Under the pieces are notes generated by a model. It did no database searches, had not been told where the DNA came from, and saw only the letters and a program-made list of their open reading frames with translations. 64,000 nt of DNA from Eledone cirrhosa (Eukaryota). The DNA lies in NCBI GenBank assembly GCA_964016885.1, contig OZ024743.1, positions 44,516,001 through 44,580,000 of the forward strand, given 5' to 3'. Shown piece after piece: positions 1-16,504 of this stretch. Each line of letters begins with the position of its first letter. Positions within the stretch are counted from its first letter, which is position 1. A program made the translations under genes and the position numbers.

Positions 1-780
1 GATACAAATGTCGAGAGATGGTTGGCTGTAGCATGTAGCACTACGAAATGCGTACAGAAGCTTTGGCATGGTGGGCCAGTTCGTTAACAGGAAGAAGGCT
101 TGATACGCGGCAATCAGGCCCAGTCTGGTCGCGGCCAACCGCTATAGAATATTAAGCCAACATTTCAACAGCAGGTGGAAATTGATTAAATATATGGTGA
201 ACCATACACAATTAGGTATAAAATTAAAGTTAGAAATGCTTATATACATACCAGGATTAAATCCCTAAATGACGACCCATGGGTTTCGCTCTCATTTTGA
301 GATATCCTATTAAGGATAAATCTCGAGTTTAGAGCTTTATCAGGGGACAAAATCGCTAGGACAAATTATTTTCTGAAGTGGCCCCCGCCAAACACGAATT
401 CAAAATGGCTGAGAACTGTGACTTGGCAGTGATCAAGTCAGAAAGAGTGTGATTCGTTGCTCAGGGCGAGAGGGTTGGTTGCTAGAAAGCGCAGCCCAAT
501 ATCGCCCAAATTGTATCTCAACCTTACGGGAGATTAAATATATAAAAAGATAAATAAATGCCATTGTTAAATAATAAATAAATCGACTAATCCCTTAACA
601 CTTCACACAAAGTAAGACATTTCGTTTTAATCATTTTCTAACCCAGAAAAAAGAGAGAGATAGACAAGAAAAGGAAAAAAATATATTTTTCTTCCTCATA
701 ATCGTCTCTTTCTCCCTGTTTTAATATATATATATATATATATATCCTAACTCGTGTGCCTCCTCTCCACATTTTATTAT

Positions 781-834
<54 letters not shown>

Positions 835-863
835 GTATATACATACATATATATGTATATGCA

Positions 864-906
<43 letters not shown>

Positions 907-1238
907 CCGACCTCATTTCGCGGGCGCGCGAATACCTCAGATATTCAAAACAACGAACAGCAGAGGACACGTATCGATCCTATCCATCAGATAACCTTCC
1001 CGCTTCCCCGGTAAACCCCCCAGTTGATGGATGTGAATCCGAAATATAGGGACAATTAAATCTCTCCCAAGGTAACTCTATCTCGTGTTATTATTTTTAT
1101 TTTTTACGCTTTTTCTTATGTTCTTCTACACACTATACATCTCATTCTACATTCACTTACATCTCTCTCTCCACCACCGGATCTTTTTATCCGGAGAATT
1201 ACCCATCTGCATTGTTGAGGCTTCCAAAACGACCTAAA

Positions 1239-1276
<38 letters not shown>

Positions 1277-1292
1277 TATATATAGAGTTATA

Positions 1293-1505
1293 GTGAAGGC
1301 GGGTGGCTGAGTGGTTAGGGAATTGGATTCGCAATCGTAAGGTTGTGAGTTCGATTCCTGGACCAGGCGATGCGTTATGTCCTTGAGCAAGACACTTTAT
1401 TTCACGTTGCTCCTTCTACCTGGAGTTGCGACCGATAGATAGTATTAGCAATTGGAAAGACCAACGGAAACATTGTTCCGTCGGTCCGATTTGACGAAAG
1501 AATTA
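1293..1505 (+). mobile_element. tRNA-derived SINE, family A (CORE-like central domain)
   Basis: A box TGGCTGAGTGG and B box GAGTTCGATTC, followed by TCCTTGAGCAAGACACTTTA, which resembles the CORE-SINE domain. Near-identical copies at 12893-13100 and 14723-14870. Confidence 0.8.
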
Positions 1506-1832
1506 TAAACTCAAACAGTCTTTTACAATTAAATAGCTCAAAGAAAGAGATATTTCTGAGCCGTGAAATACAAATTAATATAAATTGATATATGATAAAC
1601 ACTAATACAATTATATAAGTGCTTGTATTGAAAATTACCAAGTTAGCTAGATTGAAAAATATTAATTAAAATTAATACAGTTTGCCTGTCTCGATTTAAA
1701 ATAATAAATCAATAAAAACAAACCCATATTGGCAATAGCCGAGATGCCTGGACAAATTTAAATTTCAAAACCCAAATCTGTTCCGCAGACAAATCTAAAT
1801 TTCAAAACTCAAATTCGTTTCGCAACGTAATT

Positions 1833-1895
<63 letters not shown>

Positions 1896-1897
1896 GA

Positions 1898-1988
1898 ATA
1901 AACTATTTTTCACTGGGAAAAATTTGTTAGCATTTTCTTTTTCTTGTTTACTAATATTTAACAACTCGTGTGTCACACCTCTATTTTT

Positions 1989-1992
<4 letters not shown>
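1898..1992 (+). mobile_element. Extremely 5'-truncated PLE 3' terminus in (TA)n
   Basis: Matches the terminus seen at 9463-9516 (+) and 6657-6743 (-); flanked by TA repeats on both sides. Confidence 0.7.
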
Positions 1993-2047
<55 letters not shown>

Positions 2048-2050
<3 letters not shown>

Positions 2051-3310
2051 AAGGCTTCAACCTCTCTATACAGGTTGAGGCCAATCTCTCGTCGTTAATT
2101 ACCTCGACGTTACCCTCAATTTATTGAATGGGTTGTATTACCCGCATAGAAAGCCGAATGATACGCTTAATTACATAAGTAAGCATTCCAACCATCCTGC
2201 CAGCATAACCAAGAACCTGGTAAGAAACGTTTCGTTGAGGCTTTCCCGTCTTTCCACCAACGAGCGTATTTTCAACGACCATTCCACTTATTACAATGAA
2301 GCTCTTGCTCGAAGTGGATTTGTCGATAAGGTAGCATATACAGAGTACGAAAATAGACCTAGAAGAAATAGATCCCGTCGCATTTGTTGGTATAACACAC
2401 CATATAATATGGAGGTGGCCACACCATTAGCTAAGATCTTTCTTTCCCTTATTACGAAGCATTTTCCCCCTACACATAAATATAGTAACATTTTTAATAG
2501 AAATACTATTAAATGTCTCACTCTACGTCTCCTAACCTTGCACATAACATCACAGCTTCAAATTTAGCTAAACTACCTAGCCGTAGGAACACGTGCAACC
2601 ATGTAGTTAGTACTAACTGTAATTGTAGGAATCGGGTTGATTGCCCCCTATCCGGGAAATGCCTCTCTAGTAACATTGTCTACAAATGTAAGGTTGTAAC
2701 ACCCACGTCCCGTAGGGCCTACATAGGGTTAACCGCCAATAGATTCAAGCAGCGTCTCTACATGCATACCCATTCTTTTCGTTACCCTCTAAGAAGGAAT
2801 ATGACGTCACTTTCAGCTTATATCTGGAGCCTAAAAGACAACCACACCCAATATAAGTTACACTGGGAGATCCTAGCTAGTGCTAGATCGTATAACGGAA
2901 ATAAAAGACCATGTGACCTCTGCGCCGCTGAGGCCCTGGAAATACTCTACGCCACAGACCACATCTTAAACAAAAAATCTGAGGCAATTTCGGCTTGTAA
3001 ACATAAATTGCACAAAACTTTCCTGTATTACAGCCCCACGTTATACCCTAACGGATAGTACGATCTATACGTGCATATTGTACGTCTCGATGTGGGAGCT
3101 AAGTATATGTTTGTTTATACCATTACTTATTTGCATAGCGAACGTTTCCACGAACCAAAGTATCGTCTTCCTGCCTTCCTCCGGTTGCAACGTATTTTTT
3201 AAATCTCCACTTCTGCGTTTACAGATTGACTTTGTTAGTTTCAGAAGATCCCGTTAAGGGTGAAAGCAGCGATTCTTTGCTTAAACTTTAATCTGTTATT
3301 TTAATAAATA
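2048..3310 (+). mobile_element. 5'-truncated Penelope-like element (Hydra-clade-like): RT thumb plus GIY-YIG endonuclease, frameshifted
   Basis: ORFs 2124-2567 (SNHP..I, WYNTPY, HFPPTHKY..IFNRNTIK) and 2513-3058 (CNCRNRVDCPL..C, IVY..YIG, FKQR..H, CDLC..E, LN...CKH). Bounded by (TA)n. Confidence 0.9.
3237..3287 (+). ncRNA. Degenerate type I hammerhead ribozyme
   Basis: Stem I AGUUU/AAACU; core CAGAAGA (U4>A); U-[CCC GUUAA GGG]-U; GAAA; stem III AGCAG/UUGCU; cleavage site UU. Lies near the PLE 3' end. Confidence 0.55.
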
Positions 3311-3324
3311 TATATATATATCCA

Positions 3325-3412
3325 TAAATAGAGGTGTTACACACGAGTTGTGATATATTAAAAATAGGAAAAGAAAATGCTGACAAATCTTTCCCAATGA
3401 AAAATAGTTTAT
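3325..3412 (-). mobile_element. Truncated PLE 3' terminus, same family as 1898-1992
   Basis: Reverse complement of the 1898-1992 motif; lies within TA repeats. Confidence 0.7.
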
Positions 3413-3414
3413 AC

Positions 3415-3541
<127 letters not shown>

Positions 3542-3570
3542 ACAACTCGTGTGTCACACTTCTATTTCTT

Positions 3571-3611
<41 letters not shown>

Positions 3612-3773
3612 GTGTGTGTGTGTGTGTGTTTGTGTGTGTGTGAGTGTAAAAGTTCTATTTAAATGTTTGGGATACAACAAGCAAATATGTTTATAACTGA
3701 TATAAAGCACTCAACAATATTTGGAGTAAAAATACGATATTAACAAATGAAGACTATATTTATAAACCATATT

Positions 3774-3838
3774 TATTTCATTATACATATTTCAAGGACA
3801 CCAAGTTAAATTATGGTGTGCTTTCATCGGATAAAATA
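3774..3838 (-). ncRNA. Hammerhead ribozyme, inverted copy with a CCGAUGA core
   Basis: Reverse complement of 6405-6469 with U4>C. Confidence 0.65.
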
Positions 3839-6404
3839 TAATATAGATCAGTTTTATAAATAAATATTGACATACCCTTAAAGAATGCAACTATTACTGT
3901 TGGAAGCTCCCGGATAGTGGAGTTGTAGCTTTAATTATATTATTATTAGTATTGGATATTTTTTTAAAACTACGTCAATTTTAGCTCTAATCACCGCAGA
4001 TCCGTTAAAAATGCTATAGTGAATTCTGTACAGGAACGAATTTCGAGAATTTCAGCTAATAAGAATATATTTGATGAAAAAGCACATTATTACAACAAAG
4101 CGTTAGGTAGAGCTGGGTATAGAAATAAAATTAAATACATTGATAATCATAATAATATAACAACTAACCATAATCGTAACATTTTTAACTATGCAAACAA
4201 TTTTAACAACTATAATAGAAAACCTTACATTAATTCCGAAATCGGAAAAAGAAATAGAACTAGAAACATATTATGGTTCGCTCCATCCTTTCTCATTACA
4301 TATTAAAACCCGTATTGCTAAACTATTTTTTAAAGCTCTTGACAAATGCTTCCCTAGAACACATAGATATTACTCAATTTTTAATAGACATACTATAAAA
4401 TTAACTTATTCTTCCACCAAATATTTAGCACAAAATATTAATAGAATTAATAATAGAAATTTAAAACCTAACCAAAATACCACTAATAACGCAAGCAATA
4501 TCCAATTTGATAAATGTAACTGTAGAAATAAATCTAACTGTCCGTTAAATAACAAATGCTTAGCTAAAAATATAGTATATAATTGTAATGTAAAAACTAA
4601 TTTAAATTCATTTAATTATGTGGGATCCAATTCCACAGAGTTTAAATCCCGCTTCAATAATCATAAAAATTATTTTACAGATTCAAACAAAAAATCTTCA
4701 ACTTCTCTATCTAGCCTATTATGGGACCTCAAACTAAAGAACGTTGAATATTCGTTGATTTGGAATATGATTTCAAAAGCTACTCCTTTTAACTCCTCTT
4801 CAGAAAATTGTGATCTTTGTATAGAGGAAATATTCTTTATATTAAAGACCAAAAATTCCCTGAACTTAAGGAATAATTTATTCAGTTGCTGTAGACATAG
4901 ATTAAACTGAATGTTTAAATATAAATATAAATTTAAAATGTAATATATAATTAATTAATTAATTTTATTAATATATTGAACCTGTCGATAAATCATTCGA
5001 TTCCTTCATCTTTTTTGACTGATTATACACTCAAGTAAAATTAACTTTTCTTCCTAAATATAAATAAATATAATAAACTATTCTAGAGAAATATACTGAG
5101 AGCTCTTGAAAGGAGAAAATATTTTTTATATTTTTTATTTTTTATTGTTTGATAGCTTCTCCTATTTTCGAAAGTTTATCCTTTCAAAGTTTCTGTTTAT
5201 TTCTCTTATGGATATAAAATTAAGTTAAATATACGTAGAAAATGTCTATACTAAATCTATTAAACATACTATTATTTTGAAATTATAACTTGAAATATTC
5301 TTTAATAATTTAAAGTTATATTGTTTTTAAAGTTATATTGCTTATAATTATATATCCAAATCGTAATATAATTCTTTTGTATTTTATGTACTCAATTATA
5401 CTATGTACTGTATTTATATATACTTCTATCTATATGTGTGTATATATGTATATGTGTGTATTGACATACATGTACATATGTTTTATGAGTGTATGTCTAT
5501 CTGTATGTATATATATACGTGATGCGTATCTACCTATTTGTGAGGGTACATATATGTATGTATATGTGGGAATTGTGTATGTACAAGTCCGTGTATATCC
5601 ATACAATTCGATTGCACACTTGTATAGTGTTTATCCCAAGATTCGTGACAAATAGACATATAATAACAGCCATAAATACATAACAGGTAATCTTATAAAA
5701 CTTATATAAAAAATGTTGTTTAATAACATAAAGTGTGTATAACATAAAATGTCCTTTAATATCTTAACAATTGTAACATTTTATAAGATTCCTATATCTT
5801 AAATTAAATTAAAGAATCCTTTATATTTTGTATGTATGTATTATATACGTAGTTAGATATGTATATGTATTTTTATAAGTGTGTATATATATTTATATGT
5901 ATGTATTTTTGCGTGTGTATACGTGTTATATGATATATAGATCTTTAATAATATATGGATTTCTTAATATATAGATCCCAAATTTTTAATATATTGATCT
6001 CAATATTTAACTGATTAACTAAACATCTAATCATATTTAAAGAATGGTTAAATTTCTCATATTATATATGTATATTCCATTCATGATTATTAACATTTCT
6101 AATTTTATTTATTCATTTCATCTCAATTGTTAAGTTAGCTCAACAAGATATAACTTAGATTTTTTCGTTCTCTCTCCTTTCTCTCTGTCTCCTCTCTCTC
6201 TCTATTTCTCTCTCTCTGTTGTTCTGATCTTTCTCTCTCTTTCCTTCTCTATCTTTCTCTTTCTCCGTAACCCAACGGCTTATTTTAAAAATATCTAATA
6301 CTAATAATATAATTAAAGCTACAACTCCACTATCCGGGAGCTTCCAACAGTTATGGTTGCATTCTTTAAGGGTATGTCAATATTTATTTATAAAACTGAT
6401 CTTA

Positions 6405-6469
6405 TATTTTATCTGATGAAAGCACACCATAATTTAACTTGGTGTCCTTGAAATATGCATAATGAAATA
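6405..6469 (+). ncRNA. Type I hammerhead ribozyme
   Basis: Stem I UAUUUUAU/AUGAAAUA; CUGAUGA at 6413; stem II AAG-C-ACACCA/UGGUGU-C-CUU; GAAA at 6450; short stem III AU[AUGC]AU. Predicted cleavage after A6461. Confidence 0.85.
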
Positions 6470-6512
6470 AATATGGTTTTATAAATATAGTTTCCATTTG
6501 TTAATATCGTTT

Positions 6513-6592
<80 letters not shown>

Positions 6593-6621
6593 ACAACTGG
6601 TGTGTCACACCTCTATTATTT

Positions 6622-9516
<2,895 letters not shown>

Positions 9517-9798
9517 TATATATATACATACATATACATGTGTATGTATAGAAATTGATTGACATATATCTGTATATATAAAATAAGCATATGAAACAAT
9601 CACCGAATAATTTGTAAAAGTGTGTAAGCACACATAGCTATGTAGATAACTAATTAAAGTTTAACTAGAACTGTAAAAATAGATACCTTATAAATGGATT
9701 AATCTACCTTGTATATATTTCATTAAAGAAATATATTTCACCATCAATATGGCGCATGTCTCCCTGACATGACCCCCTTAAATTAATTTAATTTAATT

Positions 9799-9834
<36 letters not shown>

Positions 9835-9845
9835 CGTTTCTGAAT

Positions 9846-11582
9846 TTGTTTAGCAAGATTCTTTATCTGAAATCGTGTGTTGAAACCGATATTGTTATAC
9901 TTTGGGAGGGTCATGTTGCCAATAAGAATGGCAACACTAACGAGGCAATTAAATGGTTCAATAAAATACAAAATAGGGAGACGTGTAACTTCATACAATT
10001 TGATATAGACGACTATTATGCATCCATATCCCCAGCTACCCTAGATAAGGCGCTTATATTTGCCCAAAATAACTCTGATCTTAACCATGATGAAATTGAA
10101 ATAATAATAGCGGCTAGAAGGACTATCGTAAAATTTGAAAATAACTACTGGGTAAGAAAGGATAGAATAAATAGCTTCGATATTACAATGGGATCAAATG
10201 ATTCTGCGCAAATTACAGATATCGTGGGGCTATTCATAGCACACAACCTACATAAGGAATTCAGTAACCTCCAAGGAGGAATTTATAGAGACGACACGTT
10301 ACTTATAGCTAGGAACCTAAACAACCAGAGCATGGAAAGACTAAGGAAAAATATTAGAATATTCTTCAAAAAACTAGGCCTAAGTATTACCTACGAACTA
10401 AACCATAAGAAGGTAAATTTTCTAGATGTAACTCTAAATCTAAATACTGGATTAATAGAACCTTTCCACAAAAATAATGAAAATCTTGCCTACATTAGTT
10501 ACAACTCAAATCACCCCAAATCCATAATTAAATCCATAGCACGTAGTATATCCCTCCGAATATCCCGCTTATCCTCAAACCTAGAAAGCTTTAACGAGCA
10601 TGCTGACTATTATAATGCAGCATTAAATAGGGCCGGTCATAAAGATAAACTACAGTATATAGTGAATAAGGACAACATAAACAATCCTAGTAATTTCTAC
10701 TCCAACCGCTCACATAATAATAGGAATAGCTTGACTAGACATAGGGTTAGACATGTAACACCTAGAGTAAACGGCCAAAACACTAATAACGTAAACCCTA
10801 GAAACAATAGAAGAAACAGACAAAGAAAATACCTATGGTTCAACCCAATATTCAACTCCTCTATAAAAACTAGACTGCCCTCTACATTCTTTAAACTAAT
10901 AGATAAACACTTCCCTATCTCGCATAGATATCACAAAATACTCAATAGATCTACTATAAAACTCTCTTTCTCAACAGCAGCTAACATAGAATCACACATA
11001 CGCAAGATCAACCACAGAAATATCTCAAGTAAATCAATTGCACCTATACATAAGCACAAACTCATCACAACATCACAACCACAAGCGCATACAAACGCGC
11101 AGCAGCAAAACCCCATTGGGCATATATCACAACCCACTTATAACAGGGTACTAAATAGGAATGTAAAAGCTGCACAAAATAGCGCCTCAAACTGCAACTG
11201 TCACCTCCCAGATAGGTGCCCATTGGCGAATAGATGTCTCGATTCGAGCCTGGTGTACATGTGCACTGTCATCTCGGGTAACTCCACCTGGAATTACATA
11301 GGATCCACCGCGGGTTCTTTTAAGAAAAGATGGTATGTGCACAGGCACTCAATGAAAAACCGTGCACTTATGGGTTCCACCACCCTCGCCAGAAAAATAT
11401 GGGAATTGAAGGACAGCAACACTAACTACACTATCAACTGATCGAAGTTGTCGGCTGCTAAAACCTATAGTACAGGGATGTCCTATTGCGGGCTGTGTGA
11501 TCTTGAGCTATTGTATATCCTTAGAAATGTTAAAAGGCTACTTAATAATAAGTTAGAAAGATCTAATTTTTTTCAGACATAG
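9846..11582 (+). pseudogene. PLE RT/GIY-YIG ORF with a premature TGA at 11439-11441
   Basis: The frame continues past the TGA (a conserved Trp position) into SKLSAAKTY...CGLCDLELLYIL...LLNNKLE. Confidence 0.85.
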
Positions 11583-12363
11583 AATAGCCACTAAATTCAT
11601 AAGATTCAAACCACCGTGAATCGAACCAACATAACATAGCTTTAAATTAGGATACCTACTACCCACAGAAATATATTCATTAAGTATACTATTTCCTTCA
11701 CAAGTCTATACTACACAATTGTCTGTAAGTACCTCATCTACCAACAATTTTACTCCTTCTCAGCTGCTGCAATCATTTGATCCTAGATCCTAGTTTTTCT
11801 CATTTCACTACTACAATGTTACTTTACCTTCTTTTTGCCATAATTACAATTAGCACGCTTTTCTCTTTGCATGTATGTATATTTTTGTACAAGTGTATAT
11901 TGATGTGTATGTATGTGTCTATGTACACATGCATGTGTATATATGTGTATATATATTTATAAATATATATATGTGTGTGTGTATGTGTGTGTGTGTGTGC
12001 GTGGATATATGCGTATATTAATTCGTTAACCTCTGTATTAACTCTACAACTATTGAGCTTTGACAGTGGTCCCACTCATGTTTATTGTTGAAGATGAAGA
12101 GAAAGACTGTAAAAACTAGCTTATCTTTATAATTTAAAATTGATACACACTACGATACTTTTTGCCTTATGACAGCTGGTTTTCACGCCGTAACATTAGA
12201 TACATTATATACCCCCCACCTATGTAATGTCAGGGTCTCCTTAAATAGTTTATTGATAGCATTGTTGTAATTGTTGTTATTGTTCTAATTGAATGCCATA
12301 ACTACTCCATATAGTAGCCGTATTTTCTTTTCTTTTCTTGCCTGTGTATTTTCTTCATTCTCG

Positions 12364-12476
12364 CATGCTCCGAAGATCTGACTGGTTATAATTCTGTATT
12401 GGCGATCGAGTAACGCAAAATTAAGCGGATAGCGATCTCCAGACATACCAGCTGAGTGAAACAAATGTAAGCTATG
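12364..12476 (+). ncRNA. Degenerate type I hammerhead ribozyme with an approximately 80-nt stem II
   Basis: Stem I CAUGCU/AGC(U)AUG; CCGAAGA at 12370; long imperfect hairpin (CUGGU/ACCAG, GAUCG/CGAUC, CGC/GCG); U-GAAA at 12457; stem III ACA/UGU; cleavage site UA. Confidence 0.55.
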
Positions 12477-12682
12477 TGATTAAAAACTTTTTTGTATAGC
12501 AAACCATGTAAACCTTCTTTCATGATTTATTATTACTCCAAGTGTTTACAACATAGGAATTACACCATACCCGCAGCATCACTATGAAAACGCCTTGTTG
12601 AGTCAAACCAAGCCATGCGTTAATATCATCCACTACCTGGAATTCCATAACTGGACTTCACTTAACTATTATTTATTAATCC

Positions 12683-13100
<418 letters not shown>

Positions 13101-13419
13101 TCGATCGATATATCGATCGATATACATATATATATATGTACACATATATATATGTATATATATAGGTATATATGTATATATATATATATACATATATATA
13201 TATTGTATATACAACCATACATATATATACACAAAGTGAAAAGCCAATATATGTATATAGGTGTATATGTATATGTGTGTGTGTGTGTGTATGTGTGCGT
13301 GCATTATTATCTTAACATACAGTGAAGGACAGTAAACGAAAAGAAACATTTTATCATCCGTTCTTATAATTATTATAACTAGATTTTATACAAACATAAA
13401 AACATTCCCACACTAGGAT

Positions 13420-13632
13420 TGTTTCTAATTTACGAATAAGGCTAATCATTTAGCGGGGGGACCAGAAAGTTGATTAAATCGACTCCAGTACATTACTGGT
13501 ACTTTATTTTATCGACCCCATATGGATGAAAAGTAAAGTTAACCTCGGAAGCATTTGAACTCAGTACGTAAAAGGTCATAACTCTATGTCACAAAGCATG
13601 TTGTCCGACGCTCTACCAATAATGCCTATCCA
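13420..13632 (-). mobile_element. tRNA-derived SINE, family B (Meta-like domain)
   Basis: Reverse complement contains GAGTTCAAATG and TTTCATCC..GGGGTCGATAAAATAAAGTACCAGT. Confidence 0.75.
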
Positions 13633-13752
13633 TTACTGTATTTGATATATATGCATATATTTCGTCACATTATAATCACATAATACAATATAAACGTGTA
13701 TATATGTAGATATATCTTTATGTACATGACACACATATATATATTTATAATG

Positions 13753-13801
<49 letters not shown>

Positions 13802-14027
13802 GAGGGGTTGTATATATCTACATTTTCGTACAGTGCTCTTTGGTTAAACAAATTAGAATATAAAAGCCTAAATACCAAATTCTAGTTAAAGGGTCTTCAT
13901 ATCAATCAAAGATACCAGGACATGACTTACTTCACACTTTACAACTTAAAAGAATTATCATTTATTTTGTCAAGATATTTGCCAACTGTTACATTGGCAA
14001 ATCGTATCTCAATATCTAGTATTGCAC

Positions 14028-14207
14028 TTGGCAGTATCGGTAGAGGGTCGGACGCCATGCTTTGCAGCAAAGAGTTACAGCCCTTTATGATCCGAATTCA
14101 AATCCCGCTGAGGTTAATTTTGCCTTTCAACCTTACGGGGTCGATAAAATAAAGTACCAGTAATGTACTGGGCAATTGCTGGACTTGTGCCAAAAGTAGA
14201 AACAAAT
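14028..14207 (+). mobile_element. tRNA-derived SINE, family B
   Basis: TGGCAGTATCGGTAG A box, B-box-like GAATTCAAATCC, and GCCTTTC..CCTTACGGGGTCGATAAAATAAAGTACCAG. Confidence 0.8.
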
Positions 14208-14544
14208 ATCTAGTATTGCACATTCCACCACGATGTGCTGGTTCTATAATCGTTACTTACAAAAATTAATTTATAATTAAGAAACTATTTTATTCAGACA
14301 AATATAATTTGTATAAAAAATATTGAAAAGATGTTTCTTAATGCCCAATATAAATTTAGATTTCACAAGAAGTCGCTTAATATTCAGTGTATAACTGATT
14401 ACATGGTCTGAAGTAGATAAGAAGGAAAGCTCCACTTTAGAGTATAGCACAGAGCTTCTCAAACCTTTTCCACCAGGCCCCCTCACAGCCATGCTCAGCT
14501 CCCGCCGACCCTATTTCCAGAGAGTCCTACCTATACGCAAATTA

Positions 14545-14721
14545 TAAATAATTGTTTCTACGTTAGGCACAAGGCCAGCAATAACCCAAGGCATTACTGG
14601 TACTTTATTTTATCGACCCCCGTAAGGATGAAAGGAAAAGTTAACCTCGGCGGGATTTGAACTCAGATCGTAAAGGGACGTAACTATGCTGGAAAGCATG
14701 GCGTCCGACCCTCTACCGATA
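14545..14721 (-). mobile_element. SINE family B nested in the hAT MITE
   Basis: Reverse complement of the family B consensus. Confidence 0.8.
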
Positions 14722-14722
14722 G

Positions 14723-14870
14723 AGGCGATACGTTATGTCCTTGAGCCAGATATTTTATTTCACGTTGCTCCCTTCTACCTGTAGTTGCGACCGATAGATT
14801 GTATTAGCAACTGGAAAGACCGACGAAAACATTGTTTCCTCAGTCCGATTTGACGAAAGTCGATCGATAA
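14723..14870 (+). mobile_element. SINE family A, 5'-truncated, nested in the hAT MITE
   Basis: Matches 1365-1500. Confidence 0.8.
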
Positions 14871-16448
14871 AAAAAAAAATATATATATATATAACATGTA
14901 CCGCCAGTTGAACCTTCTCCACGCCATAACTCCCCCTCCCTCGGGCGTGGTACCGCCCAATTTGAAAACTTCTGGTATAGCAGATAGCATACTTTGATTA
15001 ATTTGTTTCAGTTCACTTTACTTTGCAAATATATAATAGTCATTAGATTCTACGTTCCGTGAGCTAAATATCATTCGATTGTTCGATCAGATGATAATCC
15101 AACACGAGAATTACACAGATATGTTTACCTTTCCTGTAATTCCCAACATGAATCTGTTAGACCTGTGCATTTCGATTAAAACCTATCGGGTTGTCTTCCG
15201 TACAGTTTTAGTCCACCCAACGTGATAAACATATTTGTTTTAGATGCTACTCCATAAAATCGAGCCTGAAATCTCGTGATTTCGGAACCAATTTCCTAGT
15301 CATTCGTCCATTTCGAAATCATTGATAATCGATATATATGAATTCTTTAATTAGTCACAAAATCAATGATTGGAAATTGGACTCACCTTTGAGTACTATA
15401 ATTGAATTTAAATTATAAAAATAGATTCTTAGCTCAGGTGATAGATGTCAGAAACCCACTTATGTAAAGCACGTGGATTATTCAAAAAAGAATAAATTCT
15501 ACTAATGAAGCCAATATTTACTGGACAAGTGACAAAGGAGAAAACATTCCAGCCTCAGTTTTACTATGATAATAGACGTGAGTTTTTATGGATCCCTTAT
15601 CTGATGATCTGATTGAAAATATGAACGCAGAACAGGGTGTGATTTCGCCACAGAAAAATATGGAATAGAGTATTAGTTGCTTGGAGTGACAACATTAACA
15701 CCAGAATGGGTTAAATGAAACCCCTACTAATATATGTAGATTATTAATGAACTTACTCCGCCAGCTCACCACTTTTAGTAACAATTTAAACGTGGCTCAC
15801 TAAGAAACATCTGCATTAGGTACAAAGGAATATTATTATAGATATAATATTTCTTATTCTGAGAATTGGCATCGCATATATCAAATAAATAAAATTACTT
15901 CTTTGTAAAATCAACGCAAAGTTAAAAATATATAAAAGATAAACATGATTTGTAAATATATTTACTGAGATAAATAATTTTGTATATATATTTTACTCGT
16001 TTTTTGTTTCGTTTCTGGCAGTTCAAATAATAAAATTATTTACTATGGAACTAAGATACTCTTCAATCGATCAAAATACCAGAAATGTTTTCTAGTGCAA
16101 ATAAAAGGTTGAATGTTTTGGCAAAGTTTAAGAGAAGCAGTTGTTGTTAGAGCTTAGATATAATCATCTAAAACAAAAATGAAATTGACTAATTCATATT
16201 TTAAAATAGATAACCAAGATATTTTATATTGTAAAGATATGCTATGTTTGAAACAAATATATGTACATAATTACGAACATACGTGCACAATTACGCACAA
16301 GCTGTCAGACATACACATATATATATATCATAAAGGAATATGTTCAAATCCAAAACAAATTGTGATATGTAAATCTTGCGATCGTCTTATCTCTCTCTCT
16401 CATCTCTCTCTCTCTCTCGCTTTCGCTTTCTCTCTCTCTCTCTCTCTC

Positions 16449-16504
<56 letters not shown>

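Larger units (their letters stand above)
3735..6512 (+). mobile_element. Penelope-like element (Hydra-clade-like) with an inverted 5' copy of its 3' end
   Basis: ORFs 4019-4306 and 4191-4910 (CNCRNKSNCPLNNKCL, IVY..YVG, CDLCIEE, CRH). Segment 3735-3969 is an inverted copy of about 6283-6510. Confidence 0.9.
14450..14974. mobile_element. hAT (Charlie-like) non-autonomous DNA transposon containing nested SINEs
   Basis: Imperfect TIRs CAGAGCTTCTCAAAC / ATTTGAAAACTTCTG, and a perfect 8-bp TSD GTATAGCA at 14442-14449 and 14975-14982. Confidence 0.8.

Noticed and set aside
11439-11441. In-frame TGA in the PLE ORF as selenocysteine recoding, as in Naiad PLEs
   Set aside because: It aligns with a conserved Trp (YKLHW, YSLIW, YSLAW in the sister elements), so it is a TGG>TGA mutation. 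The domain order is RT-EN, not Naiad-type.
15598-15630. CTGATGATCTGATTGAAA hammerhead-like motif
   Set aside because: Stems cannot form.
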